33,347 nucleotides of DNA from Saprospiraceae bacterium (GCA_031373015.1 JANMME010001047.1:1-33347), one strand, 5' to 3'. Positions 1 through 9,076 are shown, counted from the first letter of the stretch. Notes: generated by a model from the letters alone, not told the origin. Translations and numbers: made by a program.

Positions 1-143
1 ATCGCCTCCGGGAAGTGCAGCCAATGTTCGGCAATATCAACCCCGCCCAACAGTGCCGAAAGCGCAGGCCAATCTTCATCCGCGATGGCTTCGAGCATGG
101 GCAAATTTGCGGGGACGAGAAAAAGTCGTTCGGTTTGTAACAT
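1..143 (-). CDS. N-terminal fragment of a probable GNAT-family N-acetyltransferase (gene runs off the window start)
   Basis: A minus-strand ATG at 141-143 opens a frame that stays open to position 1 (MLQTERLFLVPANLPMLEAIADEDWPALSALLGGVDIAEHWLHFPEA). The TERLxLxP opening is typical of RimJ/RimL-like acetyltransferases. Only 47 codons are visible. Confidence 0.35.
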   Translation of the reverse strand, partial: MLQTERLFLVPANLPMLEAIADEDWPALSALLGGVDIAEHWLHFPEA

Positions 144-179
144 GATGCAGCAAGTTTCAGGAAGTTTTTTCAAATAATA

Positions 180-761
180 ATGAAGGACCTAATTCAAAAT
201 TCCATTCGCGAGAGCATTGCTGTCAAACAGGCCATCCTGGCTGACGAGGGCTTTTTGCAAAAAATAGAACAGGCCGCACAAATGCTGGTCAACGCCTTTC
301 AAAAAAATGGCAAAGCCCTTTTCTGCGGAAACGGCGGCAGCGCAGCCGATGCCCAGCATATCGCCGCAGAACTGTCAGGGCGTTTTTATACCGACCGCGC
401 GCCGCTCTATGCAGAAGCCCTTCACGTCAACTCATCCTTCGTCACCGCCGTTGCCAACGATTATGGCTATGATGCTGTGTACGCCAGAATGGTGCAAGCC
501 GCTGGTCAAGCGGGCGACATCCTTGTGGCACTCAGCACTTCAGGAAATTCACCTAACATCTTGAAAGCCATTGAGATGGCGAAAGCAAAAGATATGGCCA
601 TTATTGGTTTCACCGGAGCGCCTGGGGGTAAAATGGCCAATCTTTGCGATGTGCTTTTGAACGTCCCTTCCACTGATACGCCGCGTATTCAGGAATCGCA
701 TATTCTGCTGGGGCATGTCCTGTGTCAATGGGTAGAGGAAGTGATGTTTGGCGAGCGTTGA
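180..761 (+). CDS. gmhA: D-sedoheptulose-7-phosphate isomerase (SIS domain, GmhA/DiaA family)
   Basis: 193-aa ORF with the signatures FCGNGGSAADAQHIAAEL and LSTSGNSPN, and the length typical of GmhA. Confidence 0.9.
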   Translation: MKDLIQNSIRESIAVKQAILADEGFLQKIEQAAQMLVNAFQKNGKALFCGNGGSAADAQHIAAELSGRFYTDRAPLYAEALHVNSSFVTAVANDYGYDAVYARMVQAAGQAGDILVALSTSGNSPNILKAIEMAKAKDMAIIGFTGAPGGKMANLCDVLLNVPSTDTPRIQESHILLGHVLCQWVEEVMFGER

Positions 762-835
762 ACTTCCTGAAAGTTCCAAACTTTCGGGAAGTCAGATCAG
801 TACGTAGAAGTGACACTTTTTTAAAAAGTGTCACT
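762..835. terminator. Hairpin pair between convergent gmhA and the GT2 gene
   Basis: First hairpin: ACTTCCTGAAAGTT-CCA-AACTTTCGGGAAGT (762-792), a 14-bp stem with one G-U. Second: palindrome AGTGACACTTTTT/AAAAAGTGTCACT (809-835), overlapping the GT2 stop. There is no clean U-tract after the first hairpin. Confidence 0.45.
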
Positions 836-2120
836 CCTGTTTCCACCCAACGCTCTTTTTCCTGATCAAAAACCAAGGCACTACCGCTCCATAGTAAACC
901 GCCATTAGCGGGTCGAACAAAAATATTCGCCACCGCAGGCCCGGCTCGCGCAGCACACGCAAGACTTTCCCAAAAACAAAAAGGATGGAAAAAAGCCGCA
1001 GGAGAAAAATTGCTCCTACAATCTTTAGGTTGAACCCTGCCAAAACCAGCACAATAAATAGGAAATAGAACCCAACCTGTGAAAGCGCCAGCATTCCAAG
1101 CACCATTTTATGCTGCCAGCGGTAAGCAGAGCCTGCGGCCAAATGCCGCTGTTTCTGCCGAAGCCAATCCGACCAATTCTCCGGGGGATCAGAATATACA
1201 AATGATTCAGGAGCAAGGCAAATAGCCGTATTGTGAGCATTTGCAGCTGCATTCACCAGCAGGTCGTCGTCGCCGGAAGGGATGTGGATATGGGCAGAAA
1301 AGCCCCCTACCCTATCAAAAATTTGCCGTTTGAAAGCCAGATTGCGCCCAACACCCATGTAAGGCATGCTCACCAGCGCAAATGAAAAATACTGGGCTGC
1401 TACAAAGGCGGTTTCAAAGCGCGACCAATTGCTGGCCGCGAAAAAATTTGACAAATTTTTAAAAGTTGTCAAATTTGACTCGTTGCCAAGAACATCTCTC
1501 ATCGGCCCATACCCCAGCACGATTTCAGTTTCGGGTTTCACCGTCAGCGACCCCGACATATGCAAAAGCCAATACGGGCTGGCAGGTTGGCAATCGGCAT
1601 CAGTAAGCAGAAGATGATCGTACCTGGCTACAGCAATGCCCTGAGAAAGGGCGTACTTTTTCCCGGGCGAAGTTTTTTCCGCAAGTCGAACCACCCGCAT
1701 TCTATTAGGATTTTTTTCCTGAAAAAATTGGAGCACAAGGGGCGTTTCGTCTTCAGAAGCATCGTCCACCAGGAGCAATTCCCAAGGGGCATCAAACTGT
1801 TGCGCCAAAACATCAGGCAAATAGCGGCGCAGGTTTTCTGCTTCGTTCCGGGCGCAAATGATGATGCTGGTTGGCGCCCCTCCTTCGCCTCCACTTCTGT
1901 TTAAACTATGGGGGATGGATTGGTGGAATGGTGATTGGTGATTGGTTTTTTCCAACATCCAACTTTCAATGTTCAATTTCCAAGGTCCAACGTCCAATTT
2001 CCAACGTCCTAATTTTCCAAAAACACCCCACCACACCGTCAATTGCACAAGTGCAGTCACAATATAAAGCCACAGGAGGATTTGCCCGAAACCGGGGCAT
2101 GAGTCAAAAAAAATTACCAA
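831..2120 (-). CDS. Family-2 glycosyltransferase, membrane-anchored
   Basis: N-terminal TM helix (ILLWLYIVTALVQLTVWWGVF), then a GT2 core (IIICARNEAENL, LLLVDDASEDET, LLLTDADC) and C-terminal TM helices. The listed start is TTG and is uncertain. The linker between the TM helix and the catalytic core is encoded by tandem heptamers (see findings). Confidence 0.8.
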   Translation of the reverse strand: MVIFFDSCPGFGQILLWLYIVTALVQLTVWWGVFGKLGRWKLDVGPWKLNIESWMLEKTNHQSPFHQSIPHSLNRSGGEGGAPTSIIICARNEAENLRRYLPDVLAQQFDAPWELLLVDDASEDETPLVLQFFQEKNPNRMRVVRLAEKTSPGKKYALSQGIAVARYDHLLLTDADCQPASPYWLLHMSGSLTVKPETEIVLGYGPMRDVLGNESNLTTFKNLSNFFAASNWSRFETAFVAAQYFSFALVSMPYMGVGRNLAFKRQIFDRVGGFSAHIHIPSGDDDLLVNAAANAHNTAICLAPESFVYSDPPENWSDWLRQKQRHLAAGSAYRWQHKMVLGMLALSQVGFYFLFIVLVLAGFNLKIVGAIFLLRLFSILFVFGKVLRVLREPGLRWRIFLFDPLMAVYYGAVVPWFLIRKKSVGWKQE

Positions 2121-2198
2121 AACAAGTGAAAAGAAAAATGACTGTGCCTGCTCAAATTGGAAGTGAGCAAGCCTAGTTAGGAATATGCCGTGGAGTTT

Positions 2199-5100
2199 TC
2201 AAATTTTAACAAAAGGCACCACCTGATTTTGATCATCGGATCGAACATGAAGCCAATAGGTGCCTGATGGCAAGGTTCCAAGATCCTGTGCCCACGAATG
2301 TTCGCCAGCCTTGACCCATTGGTTTTTCACCAAGGTTTGCACTTGTTTGCCACTCCCGTCGACCACAAAGGCCGTCAGATTTGCATCTGTGTCCGATTTT
2401 AAGGTCCATTGCAAAATTTGTCGCATTGGATTGGGTGATACGGTTGCCGCAAACAACTGCGGCGCATTTTCCAATGGCGTATCGCGATAAATAGTGGCCC
2501 GGCGCACCACGCGGGTCTGGGTTTGGTTGGTGATTACCGGATAGTTAAAATCAAAATAGATGGCGGCATCATTTTTTAGCGTATCCCCCACAGTCGTGCT
2601 TTCTTTGGCGCTAATGGAGAATAGCACAAACCCATGAGAGGCTTGCTGGTTTGTTGTGCTGTCGGGCAATAAAATATTATCAAATTCCCAAGACACCACG
2701 CCGGGGTCATGGGCATTCATTTTATAAGGATGGCTGGCGGTGATGGTTCTAAGCGAAGCCCAATTCAACAAGGGCGAAAGCGTGTCGACAACCACGACGC
2801 GAAAAGCGGTATCGGTGCCTGTATTTTGGAAACGTATCAGGTAACGAAGTTCCTTGTTTGCCAAAGGCAACTCGCCATTTGGAGCTATGGTGTAGGCCGT
2901 TTTATCATTGGGATCTAGACTGTTCCTGATGGTGGAGACCAATCTGGTTATATGGTTTTCTTCGTTGACATCCGTATAAGGCCCTTGGAGGCCTGCCCCT
3001 GTTACCACCAATTGACCGGTTACGGATGGATCAGGCGGCAAGTGCATGGTAATTTTAATAACCGTCTCGGTGAAGGGATGCATTTCAGGCAATACAAACT
3101 GCAACTGACCCGATTGTACGCTGGAAGGATTGGGGGCCGCATTCAGGTAAGCGATCAAATTATCTGGATAATTGAAATACAGGGTCGTTCCTGCTGCTAC
3201 TGTTACCGTACCAAGATTTTTCACTGTGATGGTGTAGAAGGCGTCGAAGCCCGGGCGAAGGTTGGTGCTTGTCACCGTGACCGCCAAATCTTTGGTAGGC
3301 ACGGACACAAAGCCAACATTGAAAGTACTTGGAACAAGGGCATTCGATGTCACCGTTGGCGGTTGAAAGCAGGCTCCTGCCAAGGTGTAGGTGGGGGGTG
3401 TAAATTCAACGGTGTAATTGCCCGGCGGAAGAATCTTCTTAAGGTTGCCATTGTCGTCAGAGATGTCCAAATAATTACCCGGCTGGAAGACAAATGACTT
3501 GCCTGCAATCGGGAACTCTCCGACATCATGAACACAATTTTGGTTTTCATCCAGGAAGCTATGCCCTTCGACCACACTGTATTGTGCACTCCCGAGCGAG
3601 TCGAGGAATGGCGTCAAGCCCAAACGCCTCGGGGGGTATAAGATGGCATTTGACTCGGTTTCGACCATGCCGGAATACAAATAGCCATCCTTAATGACGT
3701 AGGTTTCCCGAAATCTCCAGTCAGTGTTGTAAAATTTGACTCCGTTCATTCCCAAATTTTTGGACAAAAAGGTTTGTCCTCCAGCCGATATTACCAACAA
3801 GGAATCAAATTGTTGGAAATAAAGATCGAATGTGGGGAACTTGAATAAAGATAGAAAAGAATTTCCAGCATCCAAGCTGATATAGCCTGCTCCAGTATTT
3901 TTATTGGTCAACAAGAGTCTCCCATCCTGATAAAAGATATTGAAGACCTCATTTTGAACATGCACTACCGGGAAAGTGAGTTCTGTCGTATGCCAGCTCT
4001 GCCCCAAATCATAAGTATAATACAAACGTTTGTCACGAACTATAAAAAGGCTGTCTCCTTTAGCCACCAAAGTTGTCGATGCTGGGGCTCCTGGCACTTG
4101 CGTCCAGGTTATGCCAGCATCCGCAGAGCGAAAAAGGCCCGCTGGTGCAGATTCTCTGACATTGTACAGATGCTGCCCCTCTATATCTGCCTTTACTTGA
4201 ATCAGTGCGTTGGATGTCAAAATTTCTGCCCAGGAGTCGCCTCCATCGGCAGAGCGGTAGAGTTTGTAGTCGCAACAGTTGTTATTACTCACAAAAAGAT
4301 ATCCCTGTAAATCAGCCACGGCGTCCCATCGATAAGTGTTCACCGGCAATCCTTGCGGCAAATAAGGTACCCAGGAATTGTTTTTCAACTGGCCCAAAAA
4401 ACCTTGCTGCATCCAAAATTTACCTCCATAATCATAAATCGAACCAGAAGCTGGCGGGTATGCCCCCTGCGGGAATTGCCAGGTAGCTCCGTCATCGTCA
4501 GACCGAACAGGCGTTTTTGACAACAAGAACAAACTGGCGCCTGTTGGAGCAAAATTTCGAATTGGATAATGGGAGTAATAATTATAGGGCCAATAAGTAC
4601 TTGGGCAAAACATCATCAGCGTAGCATCGGTGGGTGTACTAACCGGGGCACGATAAAGTGCTCCCTGATTGTTGTAATAATGAAAGTACCCATTGTGCGA
4701 GATCGCTGCACTTAATGTGAATGGCAATACAGAGGATTGGAAATTGCCAGATGTCAAAGGATTGGCCTTGGAGAATACCTTTCCCGACTTGGCGATAAGG
4801 TTGAGTTTGGCGCCGTCATAATGTCCGGCTACCAAATCCTCGGTTACATTTCCACCCAGATTAATTGAAGTCACGTTTGCAAAATCAGGCGTTTGCGAGG
4901 CATAAACTTTCAATGCATCCTCACATAACATTAGAAACCAGCCATTTGCAAACATTATTTTGTTGGATTGCTTGTCCGTAAGCAAGGCCTGTGTACAGGC
5001 CTGCCAACTGGCTCCTTTGTCCGCAGAGTAAAACCGTTTGTATCTTTTATGTTGCGAGGAAACTTCCAAACGGTAATTAAAAAACAACACGCCTCCGGCC

Positions 5101-5552
5101 TCTTCCAGATGTTCCTGATAAAAGAGTTCGGCATTAGGTTCATTAATATCATAAGGCTCTGCCTGAGAGAATACTTTCGTAAACGTTAAGCCCCCATTAA
5201 TGGAGTAATACCCCGAGATCATTTGCGTAGAGCTGACCTGTTTTTCTGTAAAAGCAAAAAGCGTATCGCCTTTGGCCGCAATGTTGACTACTTTTAGGGA
5301 GTAAAAATAAACCATCGTCCAGTGCGCACCGTTGTCGGCACTTTTGAACAACTTAATCTGTGCATTTTGATCCGCCACGTCGGGAAAAAGGGCAAAAAGG
5401 GTGTTGCCAACCTTTACGATCTCATTGATGTGCTGAGAAAAAGCGGGTAAGGGTTCTGAGCTAACTGTGATTTCAGGAAAAGGGCTACTTTGAGCAGTAA
5501 TTTTGCCAAAAATGGATAAAACGCAGAGCAGGACAGGTAGAAATTGGCGCAT
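2199..5552 (-). CDS. Large secreted BNR/Asp-box repeat protein with a T9SS C-terminal sorting domain
   Basis: An ATG at 5550-5552 gives the signal peptide MRQFLPVLLCVLSIFGKITAQ; the listed start at 5582 is TTG. Asp-box motifs are present (SADNGAHW, SADKGASW, SDDDGATW, SADGGDSW, SADAGITW, YDLGQSW). The tail (VSPNP...SGTYWLHV...VPFVKI) resembles a type A T9SS sorting domain. Confidence 0.8.
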   Translation of the reverse strand: MRQFLPVLLCVLSIFGKITAQSSPFPEITVSSEPLPAFSQHINEIVKVGNTLFALFPDVADQNAQIKLFKSADNGAHWTMVYFYSLKVVNIAAKGDTLFAFTEKQVSSTQMISGYYSINGGLTFTKVFSQAEPYDINEPNAELFYQEHLEEAGGVLFFNYRLEVSSQHKRYKRFYSADKGASWQACTQALLTDKQSNKIMFANGWFLMLCEDALKVYASQTPDFANVTSINLGGNVTEDLVAGHYDGAKLNLIAKSGKVFSKANPLTSGNFQSSVLPFTLSAAISHNGYFHYYNNQGALYRAPVSTPTDATLMMFCPSTYWPYNYYSHYPIRNFAPTGASLFLLSKTPVRSDDDGATWQFPQGAYPPASGSIYDYGGKFWMQQGFLGQLKNNSWVPYLPQGLPVNTYRWDAVADLQGYLFVSNNNCCDYKLYRSADGGDSWAEILTSNALIQVKADIEGQHLYNVRESAPAGLFRSADAGITWTQVPGAPASTTLVAKGDSLFIVRDKRLYYTYDLGQSWHTTELTFPVVHVQNEVFNIFYQDGRLLLTNKNTGAGYISLDAGNSFLSLFKFPTFDLYFQQFDSLLVISAGGQTFLSKNLGMNGVKFYNTDWRFRETYVIKDGYLYSGMVETESNAILYPPRRLGLTPFLDSLGSAQYSVVEGHSFLDENQNCVHDVGEFPIAGKSFVFQPGNYLDISDDNGNLKKILPPGNYTVEFTPPTYTLAGACFQPPTVTSNALVPSTFNVGFVSVPTKDLAVTVTSTNLRPGFDAFYTITVKNLGTVTVAAGTTLYFNYPDNLIAYLNAAPNPSSVQSGQLQFVLPEMHPFTETVIKITMHLPPDPSVTGQLVVTGAGLQGPYTDVNEENHITRLVSTIRNSLDPNDKTAYTIAPNGELPLANKELRYLIRFQNTGTDTAFRVVVVDTLSPLLNWASLRTITASHPYKMNAHDPGVVSWEFDNILLPDSTTNQQASHGFVLFSISAKESTTVGDTLKNDAAIYFDFNYPVITNQTQTRVVRRATIYRDTPLENAPQLFAATVSPNPMRQILQWTLKSDTDANLTAFVVDGSGKQVQTLVKNQWVKAGEHSWAQDLGTLPSGTYWLHVRSDDQNQVVPFVKI

Positions 5553-5621
5553 ATAAGTTATTGTTTTTGAAAGAGATGCCAAGACACAACATTCTGCTGC
5601 ATTGTGCTTGATTTTTTTCCA

Positions 5622-6992
5622 TTACAATTTTACGACTTCTATCTTTCCCGTCTTTCTACTTTTTTCCGCCATGAACCCCATTACATGGCTTTCGATAGAG
5701 GCATCAATGGTGGAAGTTAGCAATTCGGGTTTGCGCTGGGAAACAGCCTGAAGCCAGTTGCGCACCAAGCGCCAGTCGCCGCCGCCATGGCCATCGCCGC
5801 TGGAGTTGTCGTAAACAGTGCTTTTCCCCGTCCGAAAATCCGTCAGCGTGAACGTTTCCATATCGCCCACAATGTCGCCCATACTGCCCATCACGCGGGT
5901 GCGGCGCCCGTCGTAAGAAGTGAATGCTTCCATGGAGAAATTAGCCGTCGCGCCGCCTTCGAATTCCATCGAAGCAATGTAGTGGTCTTCTTGGTTATTG
6001 TCACTATGGTACACACAACGACCGTAGTTGGTCGTTCGGAGTTTTTCCAAAATGTAATCCCCCTGCTTTTCCTTCTCCTCCGGTAGGTCAAAAACGTATG
6101 TGCGCTGACGATTCCGGTAGTAAATTTTCATGGCAGAATACGGGCAGGTGCTCTCCACCGCACAGCCATTCATGCAACGATCCGTGCTTCCATCCGGGGC
6201 GTTTTCTTTTCTGAACCATTTGATCCCTCCCATCGCAACAATTTTTTTACAAGGCTTTCCAATGAGCCAACGGAGGATGTCGAGGTCGTGGCAACTTTTG
6301 GCCAGGATGATAGGCGTGGTGGCATAGCGGTCGTGCCAGTTGCCGCGCACATAACTGTGGCTCATGTGGATATGCTCAATAGGCTCTATATGCTGCACGC
6401 TCACAATTTCGCCGATAGCCCTACCCTGCATCAGTTCGCGGAGTTTTTCAAAATAAGGCGAATAGCGCAGCACATGGCACACCGCCACGATGCGCCCGGT
6501 TTTCTTCGCCAACGCAAGAATATCCCTGCACTCTTTTTCAGAAGGAGATATGGGTTTTTCCAGCAATACATCGTAACCCAACTTGAGGGCCGCCATGCAT
6601 GGGCCGTAATGCAGGTTGTCGGGCGTGGTGATCAGCACAGCATCGGCGAACTTGGGTCGCTGAAAAACGTGTTCCCAGGTGACAAATCTGTTAGCCTCCC
6701 CGATCTTGTGCTTTTGCGCATACCGATCGTTGCGTAATTGAATCGGCTCGGCCACGCCCACCACATCCATTTCATCCGGGTAGGAAAGGGCGTAGTTGCC
6801 ATACACATTGCCCCGGTTGCCCGCGCCAATGGTGACAACGGTGATCGGCTTTGCAGGCTTTTGGTAAAGCGGATTTTCCTCCGAAAGCAAGGGAATTTGA
6901 AAAACCTCTTCTTCTTTGGAAAAGCCTGTCAGGACGGCGGCACCGGCGGCGGCACCCAGGGTTTTTAAAAGTTGGCGGCGAGAGATAGGCAT
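5622..6992 (-). CDS. Gfo/Idh/MocA-family oxidoreductase with a twin-arginine signal
   Basis: Tat motif in MPISRRQLLKTLGAAAGAAVL. Rossmann start VVTIGAGNRGNVY and the EKP motif (LLEKPISPS) are typical of Gfo/Idh/MocA. Confidence 0.8.
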   Translation of the reverse strand: MPISRRQLLKTLGAAAGAAVLTGFSKEEEVFQIPLLSEENPLYQKPAKPITVVTIGAGNRGNVYGNYALSYPDEMDVVGVAEPIQLRNDRYAQKHKIGEANRFVTWEHVFQRPKFADAVLITTPDNLHYGPCMAALKLGYDVLLEKPISPSEKECRDILALAKKTGRIVAVCHVLRYSPYFEKLRELMQGRAIGEIVSVQHIEPIEHIHMSHSYVRGNWHDRYATTPIILAKSCHDLDILRWLIGKPCKKIVAMGGIKWFRKENAPDGSTDRCMNGCAVESTCPYSAMKIYYRNRQRTYVFDLPEEKEKQGDYILEKLRTTNYGRCVYHSDNNQEDHYIASMEFEGGATANFSMEAFTSYDGRRTRVMGSMGDIVGDMETFTLTDFRTGKSTVYDNSSGDGHGGGDWRLVRNWLQAVSQRKPELLTSTIDASIESHVMGFMAEKSRKTGKIEVVKL

Positions 6993-6998
6993 GGTTAT

Positions 6999-7092
6999 GA
7001 AGTGATAGAGTGATGAAGTGATGGGGTGATGGGGTGATAGAGTGATCCCCTCCTTCGCCTGTGGCTATGGCGGGTAAAAGTGATGAAGTGAT
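6999..7092. repeat. Octamer tandem repeat (RRRGTGAT): 6 copies, a 30-nt spacer, then 2 more copies
   Basis: gaagtgat agagtgat gaagtgat ggggtgat ggggtgat agagtgat (6999-7046), then cccctccttcgcctgtggctatggcgggta, then aaagtgat gaagtgat (7077-7092). The array starts 7 nt upstream of the oxidoreductase start codon (minus strand). Confidence 0.9.
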
Positions 7093-7172
7093 CCCTGCTT
7101 TGGGATCCTGGTGTAGTGGCTTAAAGAAACCACCTGATGGCCAAAAACAGCCCGAAAGGTAATCATTCAAAT

Positions 7173-7209
7173 AAAAAAAACGCCTCTCAGGAAAAACCTG
7201 AAAAGCGTT
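7173..7209 (-). terminator. Rho-independent terminator downstream of tonB (7357..8181)
   Basis: The minus strand reads ACGCUUUUCAGG-UUUUU-CCUGAGAGGCGU, a 12-bp stem with two G-U pairs, followed by a U8 run. Confidence 0.7.
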
Positions 7210-7248
7210 TGAAAACATCTTTTGGGGATCATAGAATCAGGGGTATAG

Positions 7249-7354
7249 CAGTCAAGGGTCAACAGTCAATGGTCAACAGTCAATGGTCAACAGTCAATGG
7301 TCAACAGTCAAGGGTCAACAGTCAATGGTCAACAGTCAATGGTCAACAGTCAAT
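7249..7354. repeat. Tandem repeat, 14-nt unit GTCAACAGTCAATG (two GTCAAnn heptamers), about 7.5 units
   Basis: Read directly at 7249-7354. It lies between the tonB stop (7357) and its terminator (7209), so it is predicted to be in the 3' UTR. Confidence 0.95.
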
Positions 7355-7356
7355 CT

Positions 7357-8181
7357 TTACTTCAGCGCAAACCGTATGGGCAGCGTGAAGCGCACTTTCA
7401 CCGGATGCCCATTGGCTTCTCCAGGACTCCATTTAGGCATAGTCTTTACCACCCGAGTGGCTTCATTGCCCAAGATATTGCCACCTGCTGGAGTTTTTAC
7501 GACCGTGATATCGCTGATATTGCCGTCTTTCCCAACTACAAATGTGAGTACCACCTGGCCTTGAGTCCCTGCCTCTTTTGCCATTTCCGGGTAAGTCATG
7601 TGTTTGTAGATCCACTTGAACATCTCTGCCTCGCCGCCCGGGAAGCTGGGCATCTTGTTCACGGCGAACGGATCAAGGGGGTCATCATCCGCAGGTTTTG
7701 GCGTTTCGACGATACCCAATCCTGCATTCGGCGGGTCCAACGAGGGTGGGCCTTCATTCGGCCCTTCAACGGTCTGTGTGCCCACATTACGGGGGTCTTC
7801 CAGCACGGTTTGTACGTCTACCGGCTTTTCCTCTGGCACAAGGTCGTCTGGGGCGACTACGGGCGGGGTGTAGGCAATAACAGCTTTGGGCGGCGGTGGC
7901 GGCGTGTTTAGCACCGGTGGGGGAACTGGCTTTTCGATGGTAATCATGGTTGTGGTGGCAATCACTTCAGTTATGGGTTCTTCTGGCAAAAGGCTATAAA
8001 AAGAAGCCAAAATGCGCGGCAACAGCAACAAAAGCGCAATCAGCAAAAGGCCGATTCCAAAGGCACGAGCCAAAGTGGTCGGATATTCGCGGCGAAGTTG
8101 ATACGCGCCGTAAGCGCGGTTGCGGTTGGCAAAGACGATGTCCAGTGCGTCGCGTTGCGACACAGAATCATGGGTAGTCAT
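7357..8181 (-). CDS. tonB: Energy transducer TonB (paralogue 1)
   Basis: N-terminal anchor (RNRAYGAYQLRREYP plus a TM helix), Pro-rich spacer, and a C-terminal TonB domain (PSFPGGEAEMFKWIYKHMTYPEMAKEAGTQGQVVLTFVVGKDG...WSPGEANGHPVKVRFTLPIRF). Confidence 0.9.
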   Translation of the reverse strand: MTTHDSVSQRDALDIVFANRNRAYGAYQLRREYPTTLARAFGIGLLLIALLLLLPRILASFYSLLPEEPITEVIATTTMITIEKPVPPPVLNTPPPPPKAVIAYTPPVVAPDDLVPEEKPVDVQTVLEDPRNVGTQTVEGPNEGPPSLDPPNAGLGIVETPKPADDDPLDPFAVNKMPSFPGGEAEMFKWIYKHMTYPEMAKEAGTQGQVVLTFVVGKDGNISDITVVKTPAGGNILGNEATRVVKTMPKWSPGEANGHPVKVRFTLPIRFALK

Positions 8182-8292
8182 GGCACAAAATTTTAAGTGT
8201 GAAACGAGAGGCTTTGAGGCTTTGGTTGGCCGACCGTTTGAATGTAAGATGTTGGTGATGAGGGTTTTGGTGGGTGGAGATTAGATTTTATT

Positions 8293-8841
8293 TTAAAAAT
8301 GCTTCGCCTCTTCCTCCGAAACATCCATCACGCAATAGTAGCGAACCTGGCAAATAGCCATCTCATCCAGCGCATCTACCAAATTTTTGTACCGGGAATT
8401 TTTGGCTGGCTTGATGATAATGTTGAGTTGCGAGCCTTGCAATTCCTCGCCTGTTTTCGAGTCTGTGTACTTTTGAAGGCCGAACTGTGCTTCTACTTTT
8501 TCTTTTTTGTGCAAAATCACCTGCCGCAAGCCGACTGCATCGAAAGTGGTGGAATCCATTTTATCAAGATCCAAACCTTCGTACCAGTAAACCTTGTCGC
8601 CAGCACCAAACAGAAGGGTGAGCACTTTGGACTGCTTTATCGGCTCGGCCACCCCTTCGTCTTTTGGCATCACAAGAGGCATGATGCTGGGCTTGGCCAG
8701 TGCTGTGGTGAGCATAAAAAAGGTGATGAGCAAAAACCCCAAATCAACCATTGGGGTGAAGTCAATGCGCGTAGACATTCGGTGGGAGCGCGGTTTGCCG
8801 GTTGCGGCAATGGGGCGGGCGGAAGCTTGGAAATCAGCCAT
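8293..8841 (-). CDS. exbD: Biopolymer transporter ExbD/TolR (paralogue)
   Basis: MSTRIDFTPMVDLGFLLITFFMLTT signature. Paralogous to 9959..10591. Confidence 0.9.
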   Translation of the reverse strand: MADFQASARPIAATGKPRSHRMSTRIDFTPMVDLGFLLITFFMLTTALAKPSIMPLVMPKDEGVAEPIKQSKVLTLLFGAGDKVYWYEGLDLDKMDSTTFDAVGLRQVILHKKEKVEAQFGLQKYTDSKTGEELQGSQLNIIIKPAKNSRYKNLVDALDEMAICQVRYYCVMDVSEEEAKHF

Positions 8842-9008
8842 GGTGAGGGAATTTAGAATGTGATCGTTTGAAGGTAAGATGCTGACAATGAGTATTTTGG
8901 CGTACCTAGCTTAATGTTTTTTTGAAAATTATTTGTGGTTGTCTCACATTGCGGCAACGACCATTAATTCGCTAACGAGGCAACTACTTTCGAAAAGTTA
9001 AAATGCCC

Positions 9009-9048
9009 AAAAAAGAAAAAGCGGCATCCCGAACCTCGGAATACCGCT
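9009..9048 (-). terminator. Rho-independent terminator after tonB paralogue 2
   Basis: Minus-strand 13-bp stem AGCGGUAUUCCGA/UCGGGAUGCCGCU (two G-U pairs) followed by UUUUCUUUUUU. Confidence 0.7.
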
Positions 9049-9076
9049 TTTGAAAAAGATTTAAAATGAGCCTTTG

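Noticed and set aside
5583-5621. Possible terminator between the oxidoreductase and the T9SS-protein gene
   Set aside because: Only a 5-bp stem (CACAA/TTGTG) is present, and the T-run is on the wrong strand for the minus-strand genes.
2709-6737. Numerous 60-180-aa ORFs nested in or antisense to the 1117-aa secreted protein and the oxidoreductase (for example 2952..3497, 3954..4310, 6288..6737)
   Set aside because: All are embedded in long ORFs with strong family signatures on the opposite strand or in another frame, and none has a motif of its own.
7137-7911. Plus-strand ORFs 7137..7388, 7283..7564 and 7297..7911 (up to 204 aa)
   Set aside because: Their N-termini are translations of the heptamer array (VNSQWSTVNGQQS repeated). 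The remainder is antisense to a well-supported tonB gene.
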